Source: Eledone cirrhosa
Taxonomy: Eukaryota
NCBI GenBank assembly: GCA_964016885.1
Contig: OZ024757.1
Coordinates: forward strand, 42,718,001-42,782,000
Direction of reading: 5' to 3'
Length of the DNA stretch: 64,000 nt
In this document: piece after piece, positions 25,557 through 39,661 of the stretch
Layout of the letters: the number at the start of each line of letters is the position of its first letter
Numbering within the stretch: position 1 is the stretch's first letter
Notes under the pieces: model-generated
The model's database searches: none
The model's input: only the letters and a program-made list of their open reading frames with translations
Told to the model about the DNA's origin: nothing
Translations under genes and position numbers: made by a program

Positions 25557-27910
25557 CGTGGGTGCCGGACCGTAGTGCGCATGCGCCAAGGCCGCCGGAC
25601 CGTAATGCGCATGCGCCAAGGCCGCCGGATCGTAGTGCGCATGCGCCAAGGCCGACTGACTGTACTGCGCATGTGTCATCGTCGCAGTACCGAACTGCGC
25701 ATGCGGTAAGGCCGCCGGACCGTACTGCGCATGCGCCAAGGCCGCCGGACCGTAGTGCGCAGGCGCCAAGGCCGCCGGACCGTAGTGCGCATGCACCAAG
25801 GCCGCCTGAGTGTACTGCGCATGCATCAAGGTCCCAGTACCGTACTGCGCAAAGGCCGCCGGACAGTAGTGCGCATGCGCCAGAGCCGCCGAACCGTAGT
25901 GCGCATGCGCCAAGGCCGCCCGACCGTAGTGCGCATGGGCCAAAGCCGCCCAACCGTACTGCGCATGCGCTAAGTCCGTAGTACCGTACTGCGCATGCTA
26001 CAAGGCCGCAGTACCGTACTGCGCATGCGACAAGGCCGCAGTACCGTAGTGCGCATGCTACAAGCCGCAGTACCGTATTGCGCATGCGACAAGGCCGCAG
26101 TACCGTAGTGCGCATGCGCCAAGGCCACCGGACCGTAGTGCGCATGAGCCAAGGCCGCCGGACCGTACTGCGCATGCGCCAAGGCCGCCGGACCGTAGTT
26201 CGCATGCGCCAGAGCCGCCGAACCGTAGTGCACATGCGCCAAGCCCGCCGGACCGTAGTGCGTATGCGCCAAGCTCGCCGGACCGTAGTGCGCATGCGCC
26301 AAGGCCGCCTGACTGTACTGCGCATGCGTCAAGGTCCCAGTACCGAACTGCGCATGCGCTAAGGCCACCGGACCGTACTGCGCATGCGCCAAGGCCGCCG
26401 GACCGTAGTGCGCATGCTACAAGGCCGCAGTACCGTACTGCGCATGCTACAAGGCCGCAGTACCGTACTGCGCATGCGACAAGGCCGCAGTACCGTAGTG
26501 CGCATGCGGCAAAGCCGCCGGACCGTAGTGCGCATGCGCCAAGGCCGCCTGACTGTACTGCGCATGCGCCAAGGCCGCCGGACCGTAGTGCGCATGCGCC
26601 AAGGCCACCTAACTACTGCACATGCGTCAAGGTCGCAGTACCGAACTGCGCATGCGCTAAGGCCGCCGGACCGTACTGCGCATGCGCCAGGGCCGCCGGA
26701 CCGCAGTGCGCATGCGCCAAAGCCGCCGAACCGTAGTGCGCATGCGCCAAGGCCGCCGGACCATACTGCGCTTGCGCCGCGGCGGCCGGACCGTAGTGCG
26801 CATGCGCCAAGGCCGCCGGACGGTAGTGCGCATGCGCCAAGGCCGCCTGACTGTACTGCGCATGCGTCAAGGCCGCAGTACCGAACTGCGTATGGGCTAA
26901 GGCCGCCGGACCGTAGTGCGCATGCGCCAAGGCCGCCGGACAGTAGTGCGCATGCGCCAAGGCCGCCTAACTACTGCGCATGCGTCAAGGTCGCAGTACC
27001 GAACTGCGCATGCGCCAAGGCCGCCGGACCGTTGTGCGCATGCGCCAAGGCCGCTGGACCAGACTGCGCATGCTCCAAGGCCGCCGGACCGTACTGCGCA
27101 TGAGTCAAGGTCGCAGTACCGAACTGCGCATGCGCTAAGGTTGCCGGACCGTACTCCGCATGCGCCAAGGCAGCCGGACCGTAGTGCGCATGCGCCAAAG
27201 CCGCCGAACCGTAGTGCACATGCGCCCAAGCCGCCGGACCATACTGCGTATGCGCCAAGGCCGCCGGACCGTAGTGTGCATGCGCCCAGGCCGCCTGACT
27301 GTACTGCGCATGCGCCCAGGCCGCCGGACCGTACTGCGCATGCGCCAAGGCCGCCGGACCGTACTGCGCATGCGCCAAGGCCGCCGGACCGTACTGCGCA
27401 TGCGCCAAGGCCGCGGGACCGTACTGCGCATGCGCCAAGGCCGCGGGACCGTACTGCGCATGCGCCAAGGCCGCCGGACCGTAGTGCGCATGCGCCAAGG
27501 CCGCCGGACCGTACTGCGCATGCGCCAAGGCCGCTGAACCGTACTGCGCATGCGCCAAGGCCGCTGAACCGTACTGCGCATGCCCCAAGGCCGTCGGACC
27601 GTAGTCCGCATGTGCCAAGGCCGCCAGACCGTAGTGCGCATGCGCCAAGGCCGCCGAACCGTACTGCGCATGAGCCAAGGCCGCCGAACCGTACTGCGCA
27701 TGAGCCAAGGCCGCCGAACCGTACTGCGCATGCGCCAAGGCCGCCGAACCGTACTGCGCATGCGCCAAAGCCGCCGGACCGTAGTGCGCATGCGCCAAAG
27801 CCGCTGGACCGTAGTGCGCATGCGCCAAGGCCACTGGACCGTACTGCGCATGTGCCAAGGCCGCTGCGGTAGTGCGCATGCGCCAAGGCCGCCGGACCTT
27901 TGTGCGCGTG

Positions 27911-28877
27911 CGGTTCGGCGGCCTTGGCGCATGCGCACTACGGTTCGGCGGCTTTGACGCACACGCACTACGTTCCGGCAGATTTGGCGCACGCACACTA
28001 CGGTCCGGCGGTCTTGGCGCATGCGCACTTCGGTCCGGCGACCTTGCCGCATGCGCACTACGTTCCGGTGGCCTTGGCACATGCGCAGTACGGTCCGGCG
28101 GCTTTTGCGCATGCTCACTACGGTCTGGCAGCCTTGGCGCATGCGCACTACGGTCCAGCGGTCTTGGCGCATGCGCACTACGTTCCGGTGGCCTTGGCGC
28201 ATGCGCAGTACGGTCCAGTGGCCTTGGCGCATGCGTAGTAAGGTCCGGCGCCCTTAGCGCATGCGCAGTACGGTCCGGAGCCTTTGCGCATGCGCACTAC
28301 TGTCCGGTGGCCTTGGCGCATGCGCACTACGGTCCGACGGCCTTGGCGCATGCGCACTAAGGTCCGGCGGCTTTGGTGCATGCGCACTACGGTCTGGCAT
28401 CATTGGCGCATGCGCAGTACGGTCCGGCGGCCTTGGCGCATGCGCACTACGGTCCGGTGGCCTTGGCGCATGCGCACTACGGTCCGGCGGCCTTGGCGCA
28501 TGCGCACTAAGGTCCGGCGGCTTTGGTGCATGCGCACTACGGTCTGGCATCATTGGCGCATGCGCACTACGGTCCGGCGGCCTTGGCGCATGCGCAGTAC
28601 GGCCCGGCAACCTTGGCGTATGCGCACTACGGTCTGTCGGCCTTGGCGCATGCGCACTACTGTCCGACGGCCTTGGCGCATGCGCAGTACGGTCCAGCGG
28701 CCTTGACGCATGCGCACTACGGTCCGGCGGCCTTGGCGCATGCGCACTACGGTCTGGCAGCCTTGGCGCATGCGCACTACGGTCTGGCAGCCTTGGCGCA
28801 TGCGCACTACGGTCCGACGTCCTTGGCGCATGCGTACTACGGTCCGACGTCCTTGGCGCATGTGCAGTACGGTCCGG
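27911..28877 (-). repeat. Inverted 30-mer arm preceding island 3
   Basis: Copy of 24018-24984 at +3,893. Confidence 0.95.
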
Positions 28878-29449
28878 ATGACTTTTTAGCCATTTTAAGC
28901 CTTTATGTTGCCATATTTAGCCATTTTTGAGTCATTTTAGTAATTTATGATGCAGTTTTTACCATTTTAGAGCCATTTATAGTCATTTTAGACGTTTCAG
29001 TCGTGTTAGAGTCATTCTAGTCAATTATGATACGGTTTTAGCATTTTAGTCGTTGATGATGACGTTTTAGTCATTTATGATGCAGTTTCAGCCATTCTGT
29101 TGTAATATGGCAACATAAATGATTAAATGGCCCTAAAATGGCTAAAACAGCATCATATTTGACAAAAATGACTCGTAAATGAGTAAAACGGTATCATAAA
29201 TGACTAAAATAACTCTAGAAAGGCTACTACAGCATCATAAATGATTAAAATGACTCTAAAACGACTAAAACGTCTAAAATGACAAAAATGGCTTTAATAT
29301 AGCTTAAACTGCATCTTAAATGACTAAAACTACTAAAATGACCCCGAAATGGCTAAAATGACACTAAAGTGGCTAAAACGGACTGTTAAATTGCTAAATT
29401 GTCTCTAAAATGGCTAAAACGTCTTCATAAATAAATAAAATGGCTAAAA
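28878..29449. repeat. AT-rich island 3 (572 bp, short type)
   Basis: Appears identical to island 2, including ATGACCCCGAAA. Confidence 0.96.
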
Positions 29450-31709
29450 CGTGGGTGCCGGACCGTAGTGCGCATGCGCCAAGGCCGCCGGACCGTAATG
29501 CGCATGCGCCAAGGCCGCCGGATCGTAGTGCGCATGCGCCAAGGCCGACTGACTGTACTGCGCATGTGTCATCGTCGCAGTACCGAACTGCGCATGCGGT
29601 AAGGCCGCCGGACCGTACTGCGCATGCGCCAAGGCCGCCGGACCGTAGTGCGCAGGCGCCAAGGCCGCCGGACCGTAGTGCGCATGCACCAAGGCCGCCT
29701 GAGTGTACTGCGCATGCATCAAGGTCCCAGTACCGTACTGCGCAAAGGCCGCCGGACAGTAGTGCGCATGCGCCAGAGCCGCCGAACCGTAGTGCGCATG
29801 CGCCAAGGCCGCCCGACCGTAGTGCGCATGGGCCAAAGCCGCCCAACCGTACTGCGCATGCGCTAAGTCCGTAGTACCGTACTGCGCATGCTACAAGGCC
29901 GCAGTACCGTACTGCGCATGCGACAAGGCCGCAGTACCGTAGTGCGCATGCGCCAAGGCCACCGGACCGTAGTGCGCATGAGCCAAGGCCGCCGGACCGT
30001 ACTGCGCATGCGCCAAGCCCGCCGGACCGTAGTGCGCATGCGCCAGAGCCGCCGAACCGTGGTGCACATGCGCCAAGCCCGCCGGACCGTAGTGCGCATG
30101 CGCCAAACCCGCCGGACCGTAGTGCGCATGCGCCAAGGCCGCCTGACTGTACTGCGCATGCGTCAAGGTCCCAGTACCGAACTGCGCATGCGCTAAGGCC
30201 ACCGGACCGTACTGCGCATGCGCCAAGGCCGCCGGACCTTAGTGCGCATGCGCCAGAGCCGCCGAACCGTGGTGTGCATGCGCCAAGGCCGCCGGACCAT
30301 ACTGCGCATGCGCCAAAGCCGCCTGACTGTACTGCGCATGCGCCAAGGCCGCCTGACTGTACTGCGCATGCGCCAAGGCCACCTAAATGTACTGCGCATG
30401 GTCGCAGTACCGAACTGCGCATGCGCCAAGGCCGCCGGACCGTACTGCGAATGCGCCGAGGCCGCCGGACCGTAGTGCGCATGCGCCAAAGCCGCCGAAC
30501 CGTAGTGCGCATGCGCCCAAGCCGCCGGACCATACTGCGCATGCACCAAGGCCGCCGGACCGTAGTGCGCATGCGCCAAGGCCGCCTGACTGTACTGCGC
30601 ATGCGTCAAGGCCCCAGTACCGAACTGCGCATGCGCTAAGGCCGCCGGACCGTAGTGCGCATGCTCCAAAACCGCTGGATCTTACTGCGCATGCCCCAAG
30701 GCCGCCGGACCATACACCGCATGCGCCAAGGCCGCCGGACCATACTCCGCATGCGCCAAGGCCGCCGGACCGTTGTGCGCATGCGCCAAGGCCGCCTGAC
30801 GACTGCGCATGCGTCAAGGTCGCAATACCGAACTGCGCATGCGCTAAGGCCGGCGGACCGTAGTGCGCATTCGCCAAGGCCGCCGGACCGTAGTGCGCAT
30901 TCGCCAAGGCCATCGGACCGTAGTGCGCATGCGCCAAGGCCGCCGGGCCGTAGTGCGCATGCGCCAAGGCCGCCTAACTGTACTGCGCATGCGTCAAGGT
31001 CGCAGTACCGAACTGCGCATGCGCCAAGGCCGCCGGACCGTACTGCGCATGCGCCAAGGCAGCCGGACCGTAGTGCGCATGCGCCCAAGCCGCCGGACCA
31101 TACTGCGCATGCGCCAAGGCCGCCGGACCGTAGTGCGCATGCGTCAAGGCCGCAGTACCGAACTGCGCATGCGCTAAGGCCGCAGTACCGAACTGCGCAT
31201 GCGCCAAGGCCGCCGGACCGTACTGCGCATGCGCCAAGGACGCCGGACCGTAGTGCGCATGCGCCAAAGACGCCGAACAGTCGTGCCCATGCGCCAAGAC
31301 CGCCGGACCGTACTGCGCATGCCCCAAAGCCGCCGACCCGTAGTGCGCATGCACCAAGGCCACCGGACCGTACTGCGCATGCTCTAAGACCGTCGGACCG
31401 TAGTGCGCATGCCCCAAATCCGTCGGACCGTAGTGCGCATGTGCCAAGGCCGCCAGACCGTAGTGCGCATGCGCCAAGGCCGCCGAACCGTACTGCGCAT
31501 GCGCCAAGGCCGCCGAACCGTACTGCGCATGCGCCAAGGCCGCCGAACCGTACTGCGCATGCGCCAAGGCCGCCGAACCGTAGTGCGCATGCGCCAAAGC
31601 CGCTGGACCGTAGTGCGCATGCGCCAAGGCCACTGGACCGTACTGCGCATGTACCAAGGCCGCCGTCGTAGTGCGCATGCGCCAATGCCGCCGGACCTTT
31701 GTGCGCATG

Positions 31710-32467
31710 CGGCACGGTGGCCTTGGCGCATGCGCACTAAGGTCTAACGGCCTTGGCGCATGCGCACTACGGTTCGGCGGCTTTGACGCACACGGACTAC
31801 GTTCCGTCAGATTTGGCGCACGCACACTACGGTCCGGCGGTCTTGGCGCATGCGCACTACGGTCCGGCGACCATGCCGCATGCGCACTACGTTCCGGTGG
31901 CCTTGGCACATGCGCAGTACCGTCCGGCGGCTTTTGCGCATGCGCACTACGGTCTGGCGCCCTTAGCGCATGCGCAGTACGGTCCGGCAGCCTTGGCGCA
32001 TGCGCACTAAGGGCCAGCGGTCTTTGCGCATTCGCACAACGGTCCGGTGGCCTTGGCGCATGCGCACTACGGTCCGGCGGCCTTGGCGCATGCGCACTAA
32101 GGTCCGGCGGCTTTGGTGCATGCGCACTACGGTCTGGCATCATTGGCGCATGCGCACTACGGTCCGGCGGCCTTGGCGCATGCGCAGTACGGCCCGGCAA
32201 CCTTGGCGTATGCGCACTACGGTCTGTCGGCCTTGGCGCATGCGCACTACTGTCCGACGGCCTTGGCGCATGCGCAGTACGGTCCAGCGGCCTTGACGCA
32301 TGCGCACTACGGTTCGGCGGCCTTGGCGCATGCGTACAACGGTCCGGCGGCCTTGGCGCATGCGCACTACGGTCTGGCAGCATTGGCGCATGCGCACTAC
32401 GGTCCGACGTCCTTGGCGCATGCGCACTACGGTCCGACGTCCTTGGCGCATGTGCAGTACGGTCCGG
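31710..32467 (-). repeat. Inverted 30-mer arm preceding island 4
   Basis: Reverse-complement monomers from junction GGACCTTTGTGCGCATG|CGGCACGG. Confidence 0.95.
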
Positions 32468-33039
32468 ATGACTTTTTAGCCATTTTAAGCCTTTATGTTG
32501 CCATATTTAGCCATTTTTGAGTCATTTTAGTAATTTATGATGCAGTTTTTACCATTTTAGAGCCATTTATAGTCATTTTAGACGTTTCAGTCGTGTTAGA
32601 GTCATTCTAGTCAATTATGATACGGTTTTAGCATTTTAGTCGTTGATGAGGACGTTTTAGTCATTTATGATGCAGTTTCAGCCATTCTGTTGTAATATGG
32701 CAACATAAATGATTAAATGGCCCTAAAATGGCTAAAACAGCATCATATTTGACAAAAATAACTCGTAAATGAGTAAAACGGTATCATAAATGACTAAAAT
32801 AACTCTAGAAAGGCTACTACAGCATCATAAATGATTAAAATGACTCTAAAACGACTAAAACGTCTAAAATGACAAAAATGGCTTTAATATAGCTTAAACT
32901 GCATCTTAAATGACTAAAACTACTAAAATGACTCCGAAATGGCTAAAATGACACTAAAGTGGCTAAAACGGACTGTTAAATTGCTAAATTGTCTCTAAAA
33001 TGGCTAAAACGTCTTCATAAATAAATAAAATGGCTAAAA
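32468..33039. repeat. AT-rich island 4 (572 bp, short type)
   Basis: As island 2 with a few substitutions (GATGAGGAC, AAAAATAACTCG, ATGACTCCG). Confidence 0.96.
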
Positions 33040-36000
33040 CGTGGGTGCCGGACCGTAGTGCGCATGCGCCAAGGCCGCCGGACCGTAATGCGCATGCGCC
33101 AAGGCCGCCGGATCGTAGTGCGCATGCGCCAAGGCCGACTGACTGTACTGCGCATGTGTCATCGTCGCAGTACCGAACTGCGCATGCGGTAAGGCCGCCG
33201 GACCGTACTGCGCATGCGCCAAGGCCGCCGGACCGTACTGCGCAGGCGCCAAGGCCGCCGGACCGTAGTGCGCATGCACCAAGGCCGCCTGAGTGTACTG
33301 CGCATGCATCAAGGTCCCAGTACCGTACTGCGCAAAGGCCGCCGAACCGTAGTGCGCATGCGCCAGAGCCGCCGAACCGTAGTGCGCATGCGCCAAGGCC
33401 GCCCGACCGTAGTGCGCATGGGCCAAAGCCGCCCGACCGTACTGCGCATGCGCTAAGTCCGTAGTACCGTACTGCGCATGCTACAAGGCCGCAGTACCGT
33501 ACTGCGCATGCGACAAGGCCGCAGTACCGTAGTGCGCATGCGCCAAGGCCACCGGACCGTAATGCGCATGAGCCAAGGCCGCCGGACCGTACTGCGCACG
33601 CGCCAAGCCCGCCGGACCGTAGTGCGCATGCGCCAGAGCCGCCGAACCGTGGTGCACATGCGCCAAGCCCGCCGGACCGTAGTGCGCATGCGCCAAGCCC
33701 GCCGGACCGTAGTGCGCATGCGCCAAGGCCGCCTGACTGTACTGCGCATGCGTCAAGGTCCCAGTACCGAACTGCGCATGCGCTAAGGCCACCGGACCGT
33801 ACTGCGCATGCGCCAAGGCCGCCGGACCGTAGTGCGCATGCGCCAGAGCCGCCGAACCGTGGTGTGCATGCGCCAAGGCCGCCGGACCATACTGCGCATG
33901 CGCCAAAGCCGCCTGACTGTACTGCGCATGCGCCAAGGCCGCCTGACTGTACTGCGCATGCGACAAGGCCGCCGGACCGTTGTGCGCATGCGCCAAGGCC
34001 ACCTAAATGTACTGCGCATGCATCAAGGTCGCAGTACCGAACTGCGCATGCGCCAAGGCCGCCGGACCGTACTGCGAATGCGCCAAGGCCGCCGGACCGT
34101 AGTGCGCATGCGCCAAAGCCGCCGAACCGTAGTGCGCATGCGCCAAGGCCGCCGGACCATACTGCGCACGCATGCGCCGCGGCCGCAGGACCGTAGTGCG
34201 CATGCGCCAAGGCCGCCTGGTTGTACTGCGCATGCGCCAACGCCGCCGGACCGTAGTGCGCATGCGCCAAGGCCGCAGTACCGAACTGCGTATGGGCTAA
34301 GGCCGCCGGACCGTACTGCGCATGCGCCAAGGCCGCCGGACCGTAGTGCGCATGCGCCAAGGCCGCCGGAACGTAGTGCGCCTGCGCCAAGGCCGCCTAA
34401 CTGTACTGCGCATGTGTCAAATCGCAGTACCGAACTGCGCATGCGCTAAGGCCGCCGGACCGTACTGCGCATGCGCCAAAGCCGCCGGACCGTAGTGCGC
34501 ATGCGCCAAGTCCGCCTGGTTGTACTGCGCATGCGCCAAGGCCGCCGGACCGTAGTGCGCATGCGCCAAGGCCGCCTGACTGTACTGCGCATGCGTCAAG
34601 GCCGCAGTACCGAACTGCGTATGGGCTAAGGCCGCCGGACCGTACTGCGCATGCGCCAAGGCCGCCAGACCGTAGTGCGCATGCGCCAAGTCCGCCGGAC
34701 CATACTGCGCATGCGCCAAGGCCGCCGGACCGTAGTGCGCATGCGCCAAGGCCGCCTAACTGTACTGCGCATGCGTCAAGGTCGCAGTACCGAACTGCGC
34801 ATGCGCTAAGGCCGCCGGACCGTACTGCGCATGCGCCAAGGCCGCCGGACCGTAGTGCGCATGCGCCAAAGCTGCCGAACCGTAGTGCGCATGCGCCAAG
34901 GCCGCCGGACCAGACTGCGCATGCGCCAAGGCCGCCGGACCGTAGTGCGCATGCGCCAAGGCCGCCTGACCGTAGTGCGCATGCGCCAAGGCCGCTCTGA
35001 CTGTACTGCGCATGCGCCAAGGCCGCCGGACCGTAGTGCGCATGCGCCAAGGCCGCCTGACTGTACTGCGCATGCGGCAAGACCACAGTACCGAACTGCG
35101 CATGCACTAAGGCCGCCGGACCGTAGTGCGCATGCGCCAAGGCCGCCTAACTGTACTGCGCATGCGTCAAGGTCGCAGTGCCGAACTGCGCATGCGCTAA
35201 GGCCGCCGGACCGTACTGCGCATGCGCCAAGGCCGCCGGACCGTAGTGCGCATGCGCCAAAGCCGCCGAACCGTAGTGCGCATGCGCCAAGGTCGCCGGA
35301 CCTGACTGCGCATGCGCCGCGGCCGCCGGACCGTACTGCGCATGCCCCAAGGCCGCCTGGTTGTACTGCGCATGCCCCAAGGCCGCCTGGTTGTACTGCT
35401 CATGCCCCAAGGCCGCCCGACCGTAGTGCGCATGCGCCAAGGCCGCCCGACCGTAGTGCGCATGCGTCAAGGTCGCAGTACCGAACTGCGCATGCACTAA
35501 GGCCGCCGGACCGAACTGCGTATGGGCTAAGGCCGCCGGACCGTACTGCGCATGCGCCAAAGCCGCCGGACCGTAGTGCGCATGCGTCAAGGTCGCAGTA
35601 CCGAACTGCGCATGCGCTAAGGCCGCCGGACCGTACTGCGCATGCGCCAAGGCCGCCGGACCGTACTGCGCATGCCCCAAGGCCGCCTGGTTGTACTGCG
35701 CATGCCCAAGGCCTTCCGACCGTAGTGCGCATGCGCCAAGGCCGCCGAACCGTAGTGCGCATGCGCCAAGGCCGCCTAACTGTACTGCGCATGCGTCAAG
35801 GTCGCAGTAGCGAACTGCGCATGCGCCAAGGCCGCCGGACCGTACTGCGAATGCGCCAAGGCCGCCGGACCGTAGTGCGCATGCGCCGAACCGTAGTGCG
35901 CATGCGCCAAGGCCGCCGGACCATACTGCGCACGCATGCGCCGCGGCCGCAGGACCGTAGTGCGCATGCGCCAAGGCCGCCGGACCGTAGTGCGCATGCG

Positions 36001-38844
36001 CCAAGGCCGCCGGACCGTAGTGCGCATGCGCCAAGGCCGCCTGACTGTACTGCGCATGCGTCAAGGCCGCAGTACCGAACTGCGCATGCGCCAAGGCCGC
36101 CGGACCGTAGTGCGCATGCGCCAAGGCCGCCGGACCATACTGCGCATGCGCCAAGGCCGCCGGACCGTAGTGCGCATGCGCCAAGGCCGCCTAACTGTAC
36201 TGCGCATGCGTCAAGGTCGCAGTACCGAACTGCGCATGCGCCAAGGCCGCCGGACCGTAGTGCGCATGCGCCAAGGCCGCCGGACCGTAGTGCGCATGCG
36301 CCAAGGCCGCCTGGTTGTACTGCGCATGCGCCAAGGCCGCCGGATCGTAGTGCGCATGCGCCAAGGCCGCCTGACTGTACTGCGCATGCGTCAAGGCCGC
36401 AGTACCGAACTGCGTATGGGCTAAGGCCGCCGGACCGTAATGCGCATGCGCCAAGGCCGCCGGACCGTAGTGCGCATGCGTCAAGGTCGCAGTACCGAAC
36501 TGCGCATGCGCCAAGGCCGCCGGACCTGACTGCGCATGCGCCGCGGCCGCCGAACCGTACTGCGCATGCCCCAAGGCCGCCTGGTTGTACTGCGCATGCC
36601 CCAAGGCCGCCTGGTTGTACTGCGCATGCCCCAAGGCCGCCCGACCGTAGTGCGCATGCGCCAAGGCCGCCCGACCGAGGTGCGCATGAGTCGAGGTCGC
36701 AGTACCGAACTGCGCATGCGCTAAGGCCGCCGGACCGTACTGCGCATGCGCCAAGGCAGCCGGACCGTAGTGCGCATGCGCCCAAGCCGCCGGACCATAC
36801 TGCGCATGCGCCAAGGCCGCCGAACCGTCGTGCCCATGCGCCAAGACCGCCGGACCGTACTGCGCATGCGCCAAGGCCGCTGAACCGTACTGCGCATGCC
36901 CCAAAGCCGCCGACCCGTAGTGCGCATGCACCAAGGCCACTGGACCGTACTGGGCATGCTCTAAGACCGTCGGACCGCAGTGCGCATGCCCCAAGGCCGT
37001 CGGACCGTAGTGCGCATGTGCCAAGGCCGCCGAACCGTACTGCGCATGCGCCAAGGCCGCCGAACCGTACTGCGCATGCGCCAAGGCCGCCGGACCGTAG
37101 TGCGCATGCGCCAAAGACGCCGAACGGTCGTGCCCATGCGCCAAGACCGCCGGACCGTACTGCGCATGCCCCAAAGCCGCCGACACGTAGTGCGCATGCG
37201 CCAAGGCCGCCGGACCGTACTGCACATGCCCCAAGGCCGTCGGACCGTAGTGCGCATGCGCCAAGGCCGCCAGACCGTAGTGCGCATGCGCCAAGGCCGC
37301 CGAACCGTACTGCTCATGCGCCAAGGCCGCCGAACCGTACTGCGCATGCGCCAAGGCCGCCGAACCGTACTGCGCATGCGCCAAGGCCGCCGAACCGTAC
37401 TGCGCATGCGCCAAAGCCGCCGAACCGTAGTGCGCATGCGCCAAAGCCGCTGGACCGTAGTGCGCATGCGCCAAGGCCACTGGACCGTACTGCGCATGTA
37501 CCAAGGCCGCCGTCGTAGTGCGCATGCGCCAAGGCCGCCGGAACTTTGTGCGCATGCGCCAAGGCCGCCGGAACTTTGTGCGCATGCGCCAAGGCCGCCG
37601 GACCGTAGTGCGCATGCGCCAAGGCCGCCGGACCATAGTGCGCATGCGCCAAGGCCGCCGGAGCATACTGCACATGCGCCAAGGCCGCCGGACCGTAGTG
37701 CGCATGCGCCAAGGCCACCGGACCGTAGTGCGCATGAGCCAAGGCCGCCGGACCGTAGTGCGCATGCGCCAGAGCCGCCGAACCGTGGTGCACATGCGCC
37801 AAGCCCGTCGGACCGTAGTGCGCATGCGCCAAGCCCGCCGGACCGTAGTGCGCATGCGCCAAGGCCGCCTGACTGTACTGCGCATGCGTCAAGGTCCCAG
37901 TACCGAACTGCGCATGCGCTAAGGCCACGGGACCGTACTGCGCATGCGCCAAGGCCGCCGGACCGTTGTGCGCATGCGCCAGAGCCGCCGAACCGTGGTG
38001 TGCATGCGCCAAGGCCACCGGACCATACTGCGCATGCGCCAAAGCCGCCTGACTGTACTGCGCATGCGCCAAGGCCGCCTGACTGTACTGCGCATGCGAC
38101 AAGGCCGCCGGACCGTAGTGCGCATGCGCCCAAGCCGCCGGACCATACTGCGCATGCGCCAAGGCCGCCGGACCGTAGTGCGCATGCGTCAAGGCCGCAG
38201 TACCGAACTGCGCATGCGCTAAGGCCGCAGTACCGAACTGCGCATGCGCTAAGGCCGCAGTACCGAACTGCGCATGCGCCAAGGCCGCCGGACCGTACTG
38301 GGCATGAGCCAAGGACGCCGGACCGTAGTGCGCAGGCGCCAAAGACGCCGGACCGTAGTGCGCATGCGCCAAAGACGCCGAACAGTCGTGCCCATGCGCC
38401 AAGACCGCCGGACCGTACTGCGCATGCGCCAAGGCCGCTGAACCGTACTGCGCATGCCCCAAAGCCGCCGACCCGTAGTGCGCATGCACCAAGGCCACCG
38501 GACCGTACTGCGCATGCTCTAAGACCGTCGGACCGTAGTGCGCATGCCCCAAGGCCGTCGGACCGTAGTGCGCATGCGCCAATGCCGCCAGACCGTAGTG
38601 CGCATACGCCAAGGCCGCCGAACCGTACTGCGCATGCGCCAAGGCCGCCGAACCGTACTGCGCATGCGCCAAGGCCGCCGAACCGTACTGCGCATGCGCC
38701 AAGGCCGCCGAACCGTACTGCGCATGCGCCAAAGCCGCTGGACCGTAGTGCGCATGCGCCAAGGCCACTGGACCGTACTGCGCATGTACCAAGGCCGCCG
38801 TCGTAGTGCGCATGCGCCAATGCCGCCGGACCTTTGTGCGCATG

Positions 38845-39661
38845 CGGTACGGTGGCCTTGGCGCATGCGCACTAAGGTCTAACGGCCTTGGCGCATGCGC
38901 ACTACGGTTCGGCGGCTTTGACGCACACGGACTACGTTCCGTCAGATTTGGCGCACGCACACTACGGTCCGGCGGTCTTGGCGCATGCGCACTACGGTCC
39001 GGCGACCACGCCGCATGCGCACTACGTTCCGGTGGCCTTGGCGCATGCGCAGTACGGTCCAGTGGCCTTGGCGCATGCGTAGTAAGGTCCGGCGCCCTTA
39101 GCGCATGCGCAGTACGGTCCGGCAGCCTTGGCGCATGCGCACTAAGGGCCAGCGGTCTTTGCGCATGCGCACAACGGTCCGGTGGCCTTGGCGCATGCGC
39201 ACTACGGTCCGGCGGCCTTGGCGCATGCGCACTAAGGTCCGGCGGCTTTGGTGCATGCGCACTACGGTCTGGCATCATTGGCGCATGCGCACTACGGTCC
39301 GGCGGCCTTGGCGCATGCGCAGTACGGCTGGCAACCTTGGCGTATGCGCACTACGGTCTGTCGGCCTTGGCGCATGCGCACTACTGTCCGGCGGCCTTGG
39401 CGTATGCGCAGTACGGTCCAGCGGCCTTGGCGCATGCGCACTACGGTTCGGCGGCCTTGGCGCATGCGCACTACGGTTCGGCGGCCTTGGCGCATGCGTA
39501 CAACGGTCCGGCGGCCTTGGCGCATGCGCACTACGGTCTGGCAGCATTTGCGCATGCGCACTAAGGTCCGGCGGCCTTGGCGCATGCGCACTACGGTCCG
39601 ACGTCCTTGGCGCATGCGCACTACGGTCCGACGTCCTTGGCGCATGTGCAGTACGGTCCGG
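38845..39661 (-). repeat. Inverted 30-mer arm preceding island 5
   Basis: Reverse-complement monomers from junction GGACCTTTGTGCGCATG|CGGTACGG. Confidence 0.95.

Larger units (their letters stand above)
22127..29951 (+). repeat. 3,893-bp near-exact tandem duplication (22127-26058 / 26020-29951) carrying islands 2 and 3
   Basis: Identical ORF translations at constant offset 3,893 (22491/26384, 23023/26916, 24368/28261, 25547/29440). Confidence 0.93.
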
